Of a stretch of DNA of 64,000 nt, positions 34,854 through 42,835 are shown piece by piece. The notes beneath the pieces were generated by a model, which saw only the letters and a program-made list of their open reading frames with translations, had not been told where the DNA came from and searched no databases. The translations under genes and the position numbers were made by a program. Position 1 is the first letter of the stretch. Each line of letters opens with the position of its first letter. The DNA lies in the IMG/VR virus record IMGVR_UViG_3300024299_000001, positions 67,275-131,274 of that record. One strand, 5' to 3'. Origin of the DNA: a virus.

Positions 34854-36008
34854 ATGAGTAAGAAACCAGAAGACCTAGCCTTAGAAAAAGCTAAGATCCA
34901 ATTAATGATGATGCCAAATACTGTATTTATTACTACTATTTTATTCTCATTAGTCCAGGAATGGAAAGATGATATTGAGACCGCTCAAACCAATGGTACC
35001 TTCTTGTATATCAACCCTAAATGGTTTTTAAGTTTAGATGAGAAAGAAAGAGTAGGATTGCTGGCTCATGAAGTAAATCATGTTGCTTTCAGTCATATGA
35101 CTCGTAGGGGCCCTAGAGACCCTGGAATATGGAATGGAGCCGGTGACCAGGTTATTAACCTTGAATTGACAGGTGCTGGTTATACAATACCTAAAGGTGG
35201 TTTATGTGACAGGCAATATCAAAACATGAATACTGAACTGGTATATGATAAATTATTTGAAGAGGCGGAGCAGAATCCTGGTGGTATGTTTGGAGCCAAT
35301 GGTTCTGGTATACCTGGAGGACAAGACATATCTTACCCAGAAGACTCTAAAACACTTGAGGCTACTGAGAAAGCTATTGCTGATACAGTCTTAAGAGCAG
35401 CAGTACAATCCCGAGCTGCAAATGAAGATCCAGGAACCATAGCTGGTGAAATAAATATTCAATTACAAAGTGTTATTAATCCAAAATTACCCTGGAATGT
35501 TATTTTACAGAACCATATGCAAAGTATTCTGAAAGATGATTTCTCCTGGTGGAGACCTAATAAACGGTTCATGCCAGATTATTATTTACCTACTGCTTTC
35601 AGTGAGGCTATTTGTAATATTGCCGTAGCAGTTGATAGTAGTGGTTCAGTTATGCCAGATGAGTTTAGTTTCTTTATTGTTGAAATTGCTACTATTCAAG
35701 AATTAATGAAACCAGAGTTAATTACCTTAATTGACTTTGATACTAAAATACGAAGTATCCAGGAAATTACTGAGGGTACTGATTGCTTCCGCGATCTCAA
35801 GTTTACTGGTGGTGGTGGGACTGATGTACTGGATATGCTTAAATGGGCTAAAAAGAATAAACCTGATGTATTGTTAGTATTTACTGATGGTGAGTTTCAT
35901 ATGCCTAACAAAAAACATTATCCGTCCTGCCCAACTATCTGGTTAATTCATGATGATCCCAGATGGAAGAGTGACTTTGGAGAAGTAGTGCACTACGATA
36001 TATTTTAA
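34854..36008 (+). CDS. VWA-domain protein with N-terminal putative metallopeptidase domain (N4 gp25-like)
   Basis: Start is an internal ATG after AAGGAG. Contains HEVNHV and the MIDAS motif VAVDSSGS. Confidence 0.75.
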   Translation: MSKKPEDLALEKAKIQLMMMPNTVFITTILFSLVQEWKDDIETAQTNGTFLYINPKWFLSLDEKERVGLLAHEVNHVAFSHMTRRGPRDPGIWNGAGDQVINLELTGAGYTIPKGGLCDRQYQNMNTELVYDKLFEEAEQNPGGMFGANGSGIPGGQDISYPEDSKTLEATEKAIADTVLRAAVQSRAANEDPGTIAGEINIQLQSVINPKLPWNVILQNHMQSILKDDFSWWRPNKRFMPDYYLPTAFSEAICNIAVAVDSSGSVMPDEFSFFIVEIATIQELMKPELITLIDFDTKIRSIQEITEGTDCFRDLKFTGGGGTDVLDMLKWAKKNKPDVLLVFTDGEFHMPNKKHYPSCPTIWLIHDDPRWKSDFGEVVHYDIF

Positions 36009-36030
36009 TAAACTAATAAGGAGACATAGA

Positions 36031-36900
36031 ATGTCAGAATTAAACGTAAACACAGCCAATATAGCATACATGAATTATTTAATTAGAACCTATCAGGCAG
36101 TTACAAAAGTGATTGCATCCACTAAGAACAGGCTCCAAAGTCTTCCTGGTGACCATCCAGTAAAATTTGATAATATTCTACATGGAGAAGACAATGGGAA
36201 AAATAAAGAAGTTGGTCTTATAACTATCAAAGGGCGTATTGCCCGAATGGTAGGTAATGAACTAATTCATTGGGATATATGGAATTTATGGTTAAAAGAT
36301 ATCCCAGGTATTGGTCCTGTTACTGCGGCTGAACTAATTATGCTGTACTACTATAGGTTCATACCTGTCTGCTCTAAATGTAAGACCGACATTGAAAAGA
36401 TAAACGATACTTACTGGTGCAGTAAATGTGAGAAATCTCTTAAAGGTGATGGCCTTTTAAATTACCGAACTGAAGAAAAAGATTTTGCAAATATCTCTAA
36501 ATGGTGGGCTTACATGGGTCGTGATATTAGAGATGGTGCCATGAGAAAAAAGAAAAAGGGTGAGCAAATGAACTGGTCAGCAGCAGGTAGGAAGTTAGGC
36601 TTCCTCATCGGTGAATGCTTCAACAAACAACAACCAGATCATTTGTATAAAAAAGTATGGTTGGAAGAGAGAGCCAAATACCATAAGGTACCAGAAAAGA
36701 CTCGCTGGACAACAGGCCATATTTATAATGCATCAAAAAATAATACTGTTAAATTGTTTCTGGCTCACTTCTGGACAGTAGCCAGGACTCTTAGTGGTAA
36801 AGATGTAACACTGCCATATGCCATGACAATCATGGGACATACAGGATATGTAGCACCATTTTACTTTGATCCCAAGGTTGCTAAAGAAATAGCAGCATAA
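36031..36900 (+). CDS. HhH + Zn-ribbon DNA-binding protein resembling the C-terminal (Transposase_20-like) domain of IS110-family proteins; no DEDD nuclease domain
   Basis: IPGIGPVTAAELI (HhH), inserted CSKC..x15..CSKC, then WWAYMGRDIRDGAMRKKKKGEQMNWSAAGRKLGFLIGECF. Confidence 0.4.
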   Translation: MSELNVNTANIAYMNYLIRTYQAVTKVIASTKNRLQSLPGDHPVKFDNILHGEDNGKNKEVGLITIKGRIARMVGNELIHWDIWNLWLKDIPGIGPVTAAELIMLYYYRFIPVCSKCKTDIEKINDTYWCSKCEKSLKGDGLLNYRTEEKDFANISKWWAYMGRDIRDGAMRKKKKGEQMNWSAAGRKLGFLIGECFNKQQPDHLYKKVWLEERAKYHKVPEKTRWTTGHIYNASKNNTVKLFLAHFWTVARTLSGKDVTLPYAMTIMGHTGYVAPFYFDPKVAKEIAA

Positions 36901-36922
36901 AATATTAAAGCTACTAACACAT

Positions 36923-37282
36923 TGAAATCTAGGCAAATTATGCGAGTCATAATTGGTTTGAAACCTGTTGTTAAAATACAAACTACTCCGGCTATGAAAC
37001 CTATACTGAGATTGTGAGTTAGAAATATGCTGAAATCTATCTGTGCTGTGCGAGTTACAGGATGATTGAAACCTATTATGTTCATGCGAGTTACGATTGA
37101 CTTGAAATCTACTACCAATATACGAGTTAAAGGAAAAATAAAATCTAAGGATTAAATACGAGTTACCATGCAATTGAAGTCTATGAACAAACTACGAGCC
37201 AAAAATATTCTGAAGTCTAAAATGCGGGTGCGAGCTACTATATGCATGAAATACATAAAGAGTTTGCGTAACATTAATTTTA
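36923..37282. repeat. Ten tandem 36-bp units, each TGAAAYCTA-N10-T-RCGAGTTAC-N8
   Basis: Unit starts at 36923, 36959, 36995, 37031, 37067, 37103, 37139, 37175, 37211 and 37247, exactly 36 bp apart. Confidence 0.9.
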
Positions 37283-37298
37283 AAGGAGAATTCATAAA

Positions 37299-37904
37299 AT
37301 GAAAAAGAAAAATCTAAAACAGAAATATGAAAAAAAGACTATTGCACAGATTGAGAAATCAATTAAACTGAACTTTGAAAAGTCCATGGGTCTTAAATTA
37401 GAAGCAATGTTAGGCTTATATTTCCTAAAAACATCCAAAAGGTATAAAGAAAATCCTCTATATAAAAAGAGCAGCTTTAAGGTTTACCTTGAGAGCGTTT
37501 ACAATATGAGAGAAGGTACATTTGATGATAGTATAAGAGCAGCCTTAAGATTTCCTGATGAAGCCACTAAATATGGAATCGGTCTTGTAGCCAAAGTTTT
37601 TAGAGATTGTGGTTTTAAAAAAGAAAAAATAGTTTTTAAAGAGATTGCTATTAAAGCCAAACAGCTTAAGACTCCAATCAAACGAGGGCAGATTGACACC
37701 ATTATTAAAAAATATGCCAAACCATTACCACCGGCCAAACCTGCATATAAAGAATTATATGTCACTGAAAAAGCTGCTCATGATAATCTGATTGCCCAAT
37801 ACAACGATCTCATGACAGCTTACAAGTCTGCCCAGGAACAAATTAAGTTTTTAAAAAAATCAATAGCTAAGTGCCATAATCTATTAGGCGAGGATGCAGC
37901 ATAG
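37299..37904 (+). CDS. Basic, Lys-rich protein with C-terminal coiled coil (possible DNA-binding)
   Basis: 201-aa ORF immediately after the repeat array. Confidence 0.3.
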   Translation: MKKKNLKQKYEKKTIAQIEKSIKLNFEKSMGLKLEAMLGLYFLKTSKRYKENPLYKKSSFKVYLESVYNMREGTFDDSIRAALRFPDEATKYGIGLVAKVFRDCGFKKEKIVFKEIAIKAKQLKTPIKRGQIDTIIKKYAKPLPPAKPAYKELYVTEKAAHDNLIAQYNDLMTAYKSAQEQIKFLKKSIAKCHNLLGEDAA

Positions 37905-37917
37905 TAAATACAGCAGT

Positions 37918-38009
37918 TTAGCAGGGCACTCCATCGGGGAGAGAGTATATTTTTTAAACGAATGAAATTAACATATCTTTAGTTTTTACTCATGCCCTGC
38001 TAATTTTTT
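37918..38009 (+). terminator. Terminator-like 11-bp stem (TTAGCAGGGCA/TGCCCTGCTAA) enclosing a 64-nt loop, followed by T6
   Basis: Read directly. Confidence 0.4.
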
Positions 38010-38129
38010 AAATAAACAGTTTAGTTAACATATTAACAGAATGGTCTGTTAACTCACAGGTGGAGTCGAGAAGTTAACCGGTATACGGGAGCCGTTCCAC
38101 TACCCGTCTGATAAAATAAGGAGTAACCA

Positions 38130-38240
38130 ATGCCCAATATAACATTGACCCAAGACCAAGATAATGCTCTTAACTCTTTTCTTGATTTTCTTAATCAACC
38201 AAAAGAGAAATACATGATAATCCAAGGAGCTGCTGGATGT
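38130..38240 (+). CDS. Dda/RecD-like SF1 helicase, exon 1 (37 codons; below track cutoff)
   Basis: MPNITLTQDQDNALNSFLDFLNQPKEKYMIIQGAAGC. It ends inside the Walker A motif; SD AAGGAG. Confidence 0.75.
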
Positions 38241-39220
38241 TAACTTATAGCATCCTTTGAGGAGCAATCCTCTCAAAATAAATTCCGTGAATTGCTGGAA
38301 ACTCTTAGCACGTAATGGTGAAGACAATCAGCAGCCAAGCTTAGGAAGGAATTCCTTTGAAGGTTCAACGATCAGGATATACTGCCCAGAACGGGGAATG
38401 AAATCCATAGAGATCAAGTGATCTCGAAGTGCGGAACTCTATATAACAAATAATTCATTGATTTTCCTAAAATTAAAGAGTAAACCTTATGTAAGGTTTA
38501 AACGTATAAATAAAGGAAAATATCATGCAAGAACAGATTCGAGACATTAAAGGCTATGAAGGTAGATATCAAGTTACTAACACAGGTAAAATTTTTTCTT
38601 TACCTAATGGTAGCAGAAAAGGAATAAGAGAATTAAAACAAGAAATAAGCAAACGAAAATGTACTTCTTACAGAAGAATTACATTAAGTGTAAACGCCAA
38701 ACCAAAACGTTATCAAGTACATCAGTTAATGGCTATTGCTTTTATTCCCAATCCTGATAATAAACCTTTTATTAATCATATTGATAATAATGGTGAAAAT
38801 AATTTTATAGATCCCAATGACTTATATGGCCCTAATACAAATATCGAATGGTGTACTCATAAAGAAAATATGAAACATTCGTTTAATCAAGGCCGACAAG
38901 ACTTGGTAAAAAAATTAGGCGGTAAAGCTACTGCTACAATTAAAAAAATTAAAACTATAAAAAAATTAAAATCTTTATTAAATAATAGATTAATCACTAC
39001 CAGTATTTATAGTACACATTCAGGTACTCGTAGAAAAGTCACATATCAATGTAAATATTGTAATAATGTTTTTAGTAGAAGATCTGATTCACCCGCCGTA
39101 TTACGTGGTGGTGTATGTACAGATTGTTATAGAGATGATGATATGATCTAGACTGCATAGAAATATGTAGAAGTTCATTGACGAACTGATGTAAATTAAC
39201 GCCTTACATTGAATGTTTCG
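38241..39220 (+). mobile_element. Group I intron carrying an HNH homing endonuclease gene, inserted inside the helicase Walker A motif
   Basis: The exon end GGATGU pairs with intron GCAUCC 9 nt downstream, giving a 6-bp P1 with terminal U.G. The intron ends in G. Splicing gives GAAGC-GKSTL. The motifs AATTGCTGGAAAC and CAATCAGCAGC are shared with the intron at 52916. Confidence 0.75.
38525..39151 (+). CDS. HNH homing endonuclease (I-HmuI-like)
   Basis: IKGYEGRYQVTNTGKIFS, VHQLMAIAFIPNP.NKPFINHIDNNGENN...NIEWCTHKEN, and a C-terminal CxxC..CxxC. Confidence 0.8.
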   Translation: MQEQIRDIKGYEGRYQVTNTGKIFSLPNGSRKGIRELKQEISKRKCTSYRRITLSVNAKPKRYQVHQLMAIAFIPNPDNKPFINHIDNNGENNFIDPNDLYGPNTNIEWCTHKENMKHSFNQGRQDLVKKLGGKATATIKKIKTIKKLKSLLNNRLITTSIYSTHSGTRRKVTYQCKYCNNVFSRRSDSPAVLRGGVCTDCYRDDDMI

Positions 39221-40381
39221 GGTAAGAGTACCCTTATTAAATATCTGATGAGAGCACTGGAAGCTCAATATAAAATGTATGCACTCCTGCTGCAGACCAA
39301 TAAAAAACAAAGTAAATTTGAAGTAAGGGTTTCAGCAACAACCAACCAGGCAGTCTCAGTACTTGAAGAATTAACGAACTGTGATGCAACTACTATCCAT
39401 TCTCTTCTTGGTTTAAAAGTTGTTAATAATATTAAAACTGGTAAAACTGAACTTGAACGTAAAAAAGATTATGCCCCTCTTTATAATAAATTATTTATAA
39501 TTGATGAAGCCAGCATGATTGATGATAACTTATTAAAAGAAATTGATGCTACAGCTAAAAACTCTAAAATAGTTTTAATTGGAGATGAATGGCAACTTGC
39601 TCCAGTAGGACAAAAGATTGCAACCATGTCCACTCTTAATTTCAGAAAAGTTAAAATGAATAAGATTTTAAGAAATAGTGGTGCCATCATGCAGACGGGT
39701 GCACAATTCCGAGAGACAGCTGAAACAGGCATCTTTAAACCAATTAAACAAGATCCCACTGTTGCCCATGTTACTGGATCCAAGTTTCAAAGATTAGTAG
39801 ATGCCGCTTTCATGGATCCAAATTATGTAACCAATTCAATTAAAGTACTGGCTTGGACCAATGCCAGAGTACAGGCCTACAATGCTCATATCCGTCAAAT
39901 CAACGGGTACGCCAAATTACTACAAGCTGGAGAATATGCAATTACTAATAATGCCCTTAATGAAAGAGGTTATTTTTATAAAACAGATAGTTTTGTTAAA
40001 ATTACTGATGCAAGCAGTGAACGAGAAAGATTAGGAGTACGCGGACGCAATATTGAAATCAATGGCAAATTAATTGGTTTCATGGCAAATGATCCTCATG
40101 ATGTTAAATTACTTTTAAAATCATTAGCTGCACAGAAAGAATGGACTGATTATTTCAGTGTTAAAGAGACTTGGTTTGACCTCCGACCAGCATATGCCAG
40201 TACAGTGCATAAAGCCCAAGGTAGGTCCTACAATACTGTATTTATTGACCTGGCAGATATAAGTAAATGCAGGGTTGCATCAGACGTTGCGAGAATGCTA
40301 TATGTTGCCATCAGTCGCAGTAAACATCAGGTCTATTTATACGGCCAATTACCCCCTAAATATGGAGGTTACAAACCATAA
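39221..40381 (+). CDS. Dda/RecD-like SF1 helicase, exon 2
   Basis: GKSTLIKYL, Walker B LFIIDEASMI, motif VI STVHKAQGRSYNTVFIDL. Confidence 0.8.
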   Translation, partial: GKSTLIKYLMRALEAQYKMYALLLQTNKKQSKFEVRVSATTNQAVSVLEELTNCDATTIHSLLGLKVVNNIKTGKTELERKKDYAPLYNKLFIIDEASMIDDNLLKEIDATAKNSKIVLIGDEWQLAPVGQKIATMSTLNFRKVKMNKILRNSGAIMQTGAQFRETAETGIFKPIKQDPTVAHVTGSKFQRLVDAAFMDPNYVTNSIKVLAWTNARVQAYNAHIRQINGYAKLLQAGEYAITNNALNERGYFYKTDSFVKITDASSERERLGVRGRNIEINGKLIGFMANDPHDVKLLLKSLAAQKEWTDYFSVKETWFDLRPAYASTVHKAQGRSYNTVFIDLADISKCRVASDVARMLYVAISRSKHQVYLYGQLPPKYGGYKP

Positions 40382-40392
40382 GGAGTTGAACC

Positions 40393-40926
40393 ATGGATAT
40401 GAATCCAATCCAAGCTAGGATGTTAATGATTAGACAGTTACAAAATAACATGCTTGCTTACTTATATTCCGCTCAGGAAAAGTCAGAAGTTAAACAACTC
40501 TGTAAAATAGCAATTGAAAACCAACTGTTATTAAAGTGTGATACAGCTTCTTTTACTTTTAATGGTCGAATGCATGGATCAATTGATTCTGCAGTACCAA
40601 CCAATAAAATAAACAAAGAACTACACCCTTCTTTATTAAAACAAGTATCTGACATATTAAGTAAACATACTTTTGATGCTACTGCTATTAAAACCCACAT
40701 CAGTCATATGTTTTCCACTGTTTTAATGAAAGCCAAGCATGTTAATGATTTAAAGCGCCTATTACCTAATGCTTTTTTAACTCAAATTCGAGCAGTAGAT
40801 CCAGATATATTTAATACTGGTGATCCACTTTCGGATCAAGAGATTGCTAGTATTCAAAAACACTCAGCAAAAAGTATCGCTTATATTAATGAGTTATGTT
40901 TAACTCGTTTACTATTAACCAAATAA
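40393..40926 (+). CDS. Hypothetical replication-module protein
   Basis: 177-aa ORF. Confidence 0.3.
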   Translation: MDMNPIQARMLMIRQLQNNMLAYLYSAQEKSEVKQLCKIAIENQLLLKCDTASFTFNGRMHGSIDSAVPTNKINKELHPSLLKQVSDILSKHTFDATAIKTHISHMFSTVLMKAKHVNDLKRLLPNAFLTQIRAVDPDIFNTGDPLSDQEIASIQKHSAKSIAYINELCLTRLLLTK

Positions 40927-40938
40927 CTGGAGTCAATC

Positions 40939-41370
40939 ATGAGAAAATTTGAAATTGAACATTTAACCAATAGAATTACACAAGTTATACAGTGCACTAA
41001 AGGAACCATAAGTACTTTTATTAATGCAAAAAGTAAACCAATAGCTTACACACAGCAAGAACGATTAGAGCTGATCCGAGCAGGTAAAGGTATTTTAAAA
41101 TCAAACACAGAATTAAAAGATGGTAACGGTTCTTACGCATCGGACTCAATGGCAGTACTTATTCGTTGTTACGAGTTTCCGGAAACTGCTACACAAAAAG
41201 CAAATAAAGCTTTTAATAAAAGACTAGTAGCAAAAAAAGATGATATATGGGCTGCTATTGATACAGCTAGTAAACGTCTTTTGGATAATGCGGTATTAGG
41301 ATTAATCCCTATTGAATCTCTTCCTCATGAATTGGAAAAACTCAACGAAATGAGTGAATTAATTAAATAA
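40939..41370 (+). CDS. Hypothetical replication-module protein
   Basis: 143-aa ORF. Confidence 0.3.
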   Translation: MRKFEIEHLTNRITQVIQCTKGTISTFINAKSKPIAYTQQERLELIRAGKGILKSNTELKDGNGSYASDSMAVLIRCYEFPETATQKANKAFNKRLVAKKDDIWAAIDTASKRLLDNAVLGLIPIESLPHELEKLNEMSELIK

Positions 41371-41378
41371 TTAATCAC

Positions 41379-41469
41379 GCCTGTCTCAAGTATATATAAT
41401 CCATAAGGAGTCAATGCAGTGAGGGCCTATACCATTGGATATACTTAAGGCTTTACCACCGAGACAGGC
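41379..41469 (+). other. Two-tier long-range hairpin (GCCTGTCTC/GAGACAGGC outer stem; AAGTATAT/ATATACTT inner stem)
   Basis: Read directly. The apical loop contains AAGGAG plus a 2-codon ATG-CAG-TGA. Confidence 0.35.
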
Positions 41470-41492
41470 CACAACTTTAAACAGGAGTAGCT

Positions 41493-41690
41493 ATGAAAGA
41501 TCCTATAGAAATAACTGTAGAAATTTTAACAGAAACAGATGCCGCTTACAGGGTAACTGATACTGATGATCTTGACAGCAATATTTGGGTACCTAAATCT
41601 CAAATTGAACTATTACACCCAGCTGGTGTAGGGGATATAGTTACAATTGAAATGCCAGAATGGTTAGCTTTAGATAAAGGTTTTATTTAA
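41493..41690 (+). CDS. Hypothetical small acidic protein
   Basis: 65-aa ORF. Confidence 0.3.
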   Translation: MKDPIEITVEILTETDAAYRVTDTDDLDSNIWVPKSQIELLHPAGVGDIVTIEMPEWLALDKGFI

Positions 41691-41691
41691 T

Positions 41692-41865
41692 ATGAATGGT
41701 TATATGTGTTTTTATAAAAAGAAACAAACTGAAATATACGCAAATACGACTTTAGAGGCTCAGGAAAAAGCTGCTAAGTTTTTTAAAGCTAAAAAATCCT
41801 GGGAAGTGACAGTTGTTCTTGCAGAGAAAAATGGAAAACAAATAACCCATACTGCAGATTTTTAA
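41692..41865 (+). CDS. Hypothetical small protein (57 aa, below track cutoff)
   Basis: MNGYMCFYKKKQTEIYANTTLEAQEKAAKFFKAKKSWEVTVVLAEKNGKQITH.. Confidence 0.35.
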   Translation: MNGYMCFYKKKQTEIYANTTLEAQEKAAKFFKAKKSWEVTVVLAEKNGKQITHTADF

Positions 41866-41877
41866 ACAGGAGTAACT

Positions 41878-42834
41878 ATGCAACATATTCTTTTTGGTTC
41901 AGATTCTTCTTTAGTTTCTATTGCTATTTTAATTAAAACTACGGCTTTTGCTAAAAGTACAATCCAAAGGGCTTATGTAACCCCATCAACTATTCCTTCT
42001 GAAAAATTTATAGCTTTTGATTTAGCATATACTTTAAATAATAAATGTCCTGCTAAACTGGCTAAAGAATATCTTGAAGACTTACTGCCTGAAATAAGTA
42101 TTTTAAATGTAACTACTCTTTTGGTTTGTGATCCAATTTACTTTAAAATATTAACCAAATTAAAAAAGGTTAATGACTGTTATGGGCATATTTATGAATG
42201 TGCCATTAAAGATTATGAATACTTAGATATTATTTTAGCACCCAACTACCAATCAGTACTTTATAATCCTGCAATACAAAGTAAGATCGATACAGCCAAT
42301 GAAACCCTCATTGATCATGTGGGCAACACTTATGTAGTTCCAGGAACTAATGTTATTCATTCTGCCTATTATCCAGAAACTATATCCGCTATTAAAGCAG
42401 CTTTACATGATCTGCAGCAATATCCAGCATTAACATGTGATATTGAAGCAACTAGTTTAAAATTCTATAAAGCAAAGATAGAAACAATAGCTTTTGCTTG
42501 GGATAAACATAATTTTATTGCTTTTTGTGTAGGAAGAGACAACACCACAAATACACAAATTCAAATACAAACCATGTTACGAAAGTTTTTTACGTTGTAC
42601 AAAGGTACAACAATATGGCATAATGCAAATTATGATCATAAAGTTTTAATTTATAATCTATGGATGCAACATTTAGCTGATTATAAAAATATGATTAAAG
42701 GAATTAAAATTATGACTAAAAACTTTGAAGACACGAAACTAATAGCTTATCTTGCAACTAATAATGCTATTCAAAACAAGTTAAGTTTAAAAGAACTGTC
42801 TTCCCCTTTTATGGGTAATTATGGAGTACTTTAA
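41878..42834 (+). CDS. Family A DNA polymerase, N-terminal piece (3'-5' exonuclease Exo I and Exo II)
   Basis: TCDIEATSL (Exo I) and WHNANYDHKVL (Exo II). Ends ..MGNYGVL* just before Exo III. Confidence 0.8.
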   Translation: MQHILFGSDSSLVSIAILIKTTAFAKSTIQRAYVTPSTIPSEKFIAFDLAYTLNNKCPAKLAKEYLEDLLPEISILNVTTLLVCDPIYFKILTKLKKVNDCYGHIYECAIKDYEYLDIILAPNYQSVLYNPAIQSKIDTANETLIDHVGNTYVVPGTNVIHSAYYPETISAIKAALHDLQQYPALTCDIEATSLKFYKAKIETIAFAWDKHNFIAFCVGRDNTTNTQIQIQTMLRKFFTLYKGTTIWHNANYDHKVLIYNLWMQHLADYKNMIKGIKIMTKNFEDTKLIAYLATNNAIQNKLSLKELSSPFMGNYGVL

Positions 42835-42835
42835 A

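Noticed and set aside
36031-36900. Active IS110-family insertion sequence
   Set aside because: There is no DEDD/RuvC-like N-terminal domain and no recognisable element ends. The gene is embedded in a conserved same-strand operon.
36981-36994. CTCCGGCTAT inside array unit 2, identical to part of the hairpin-promoter motif at 26145
   Set aside because: The 5' arm of the hairpin and the downstream ATATC/AAYGG box are missing, so a 10-nt identity alone is not enough to call a promoter.
36733-37173. Minus-strand ORFs 36733..37173 and 36861..37118 with a 12-aa RFQ periodicity
   Set aside because: The periodicity is just the 36-bp DNA repeat read in frame. The ORFs overlap the 3' end of the well-supported + strand gene 36031..36900, lack an SD and run against the local transcription direction.
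36923-37282. CRISPR array or solitary-repeat array
   Set aside because: The period is 36 bp in total. Conserved 9-10-nt boxes alternate with free ~8-10-nt spacers, so there are no repeat-plus-spacer units of 55-75 bp. There is also no repeat palindrome, no leader and no cas genes in the window.
38071-38100. AACCGGTATACGGGAGCC as a degenerate hairpin promoter upstream of the helicase
   Set aside because: It shares only the downstream CGGGAG box. The inverted repeat has no loop. I could not distinguish it from chance.
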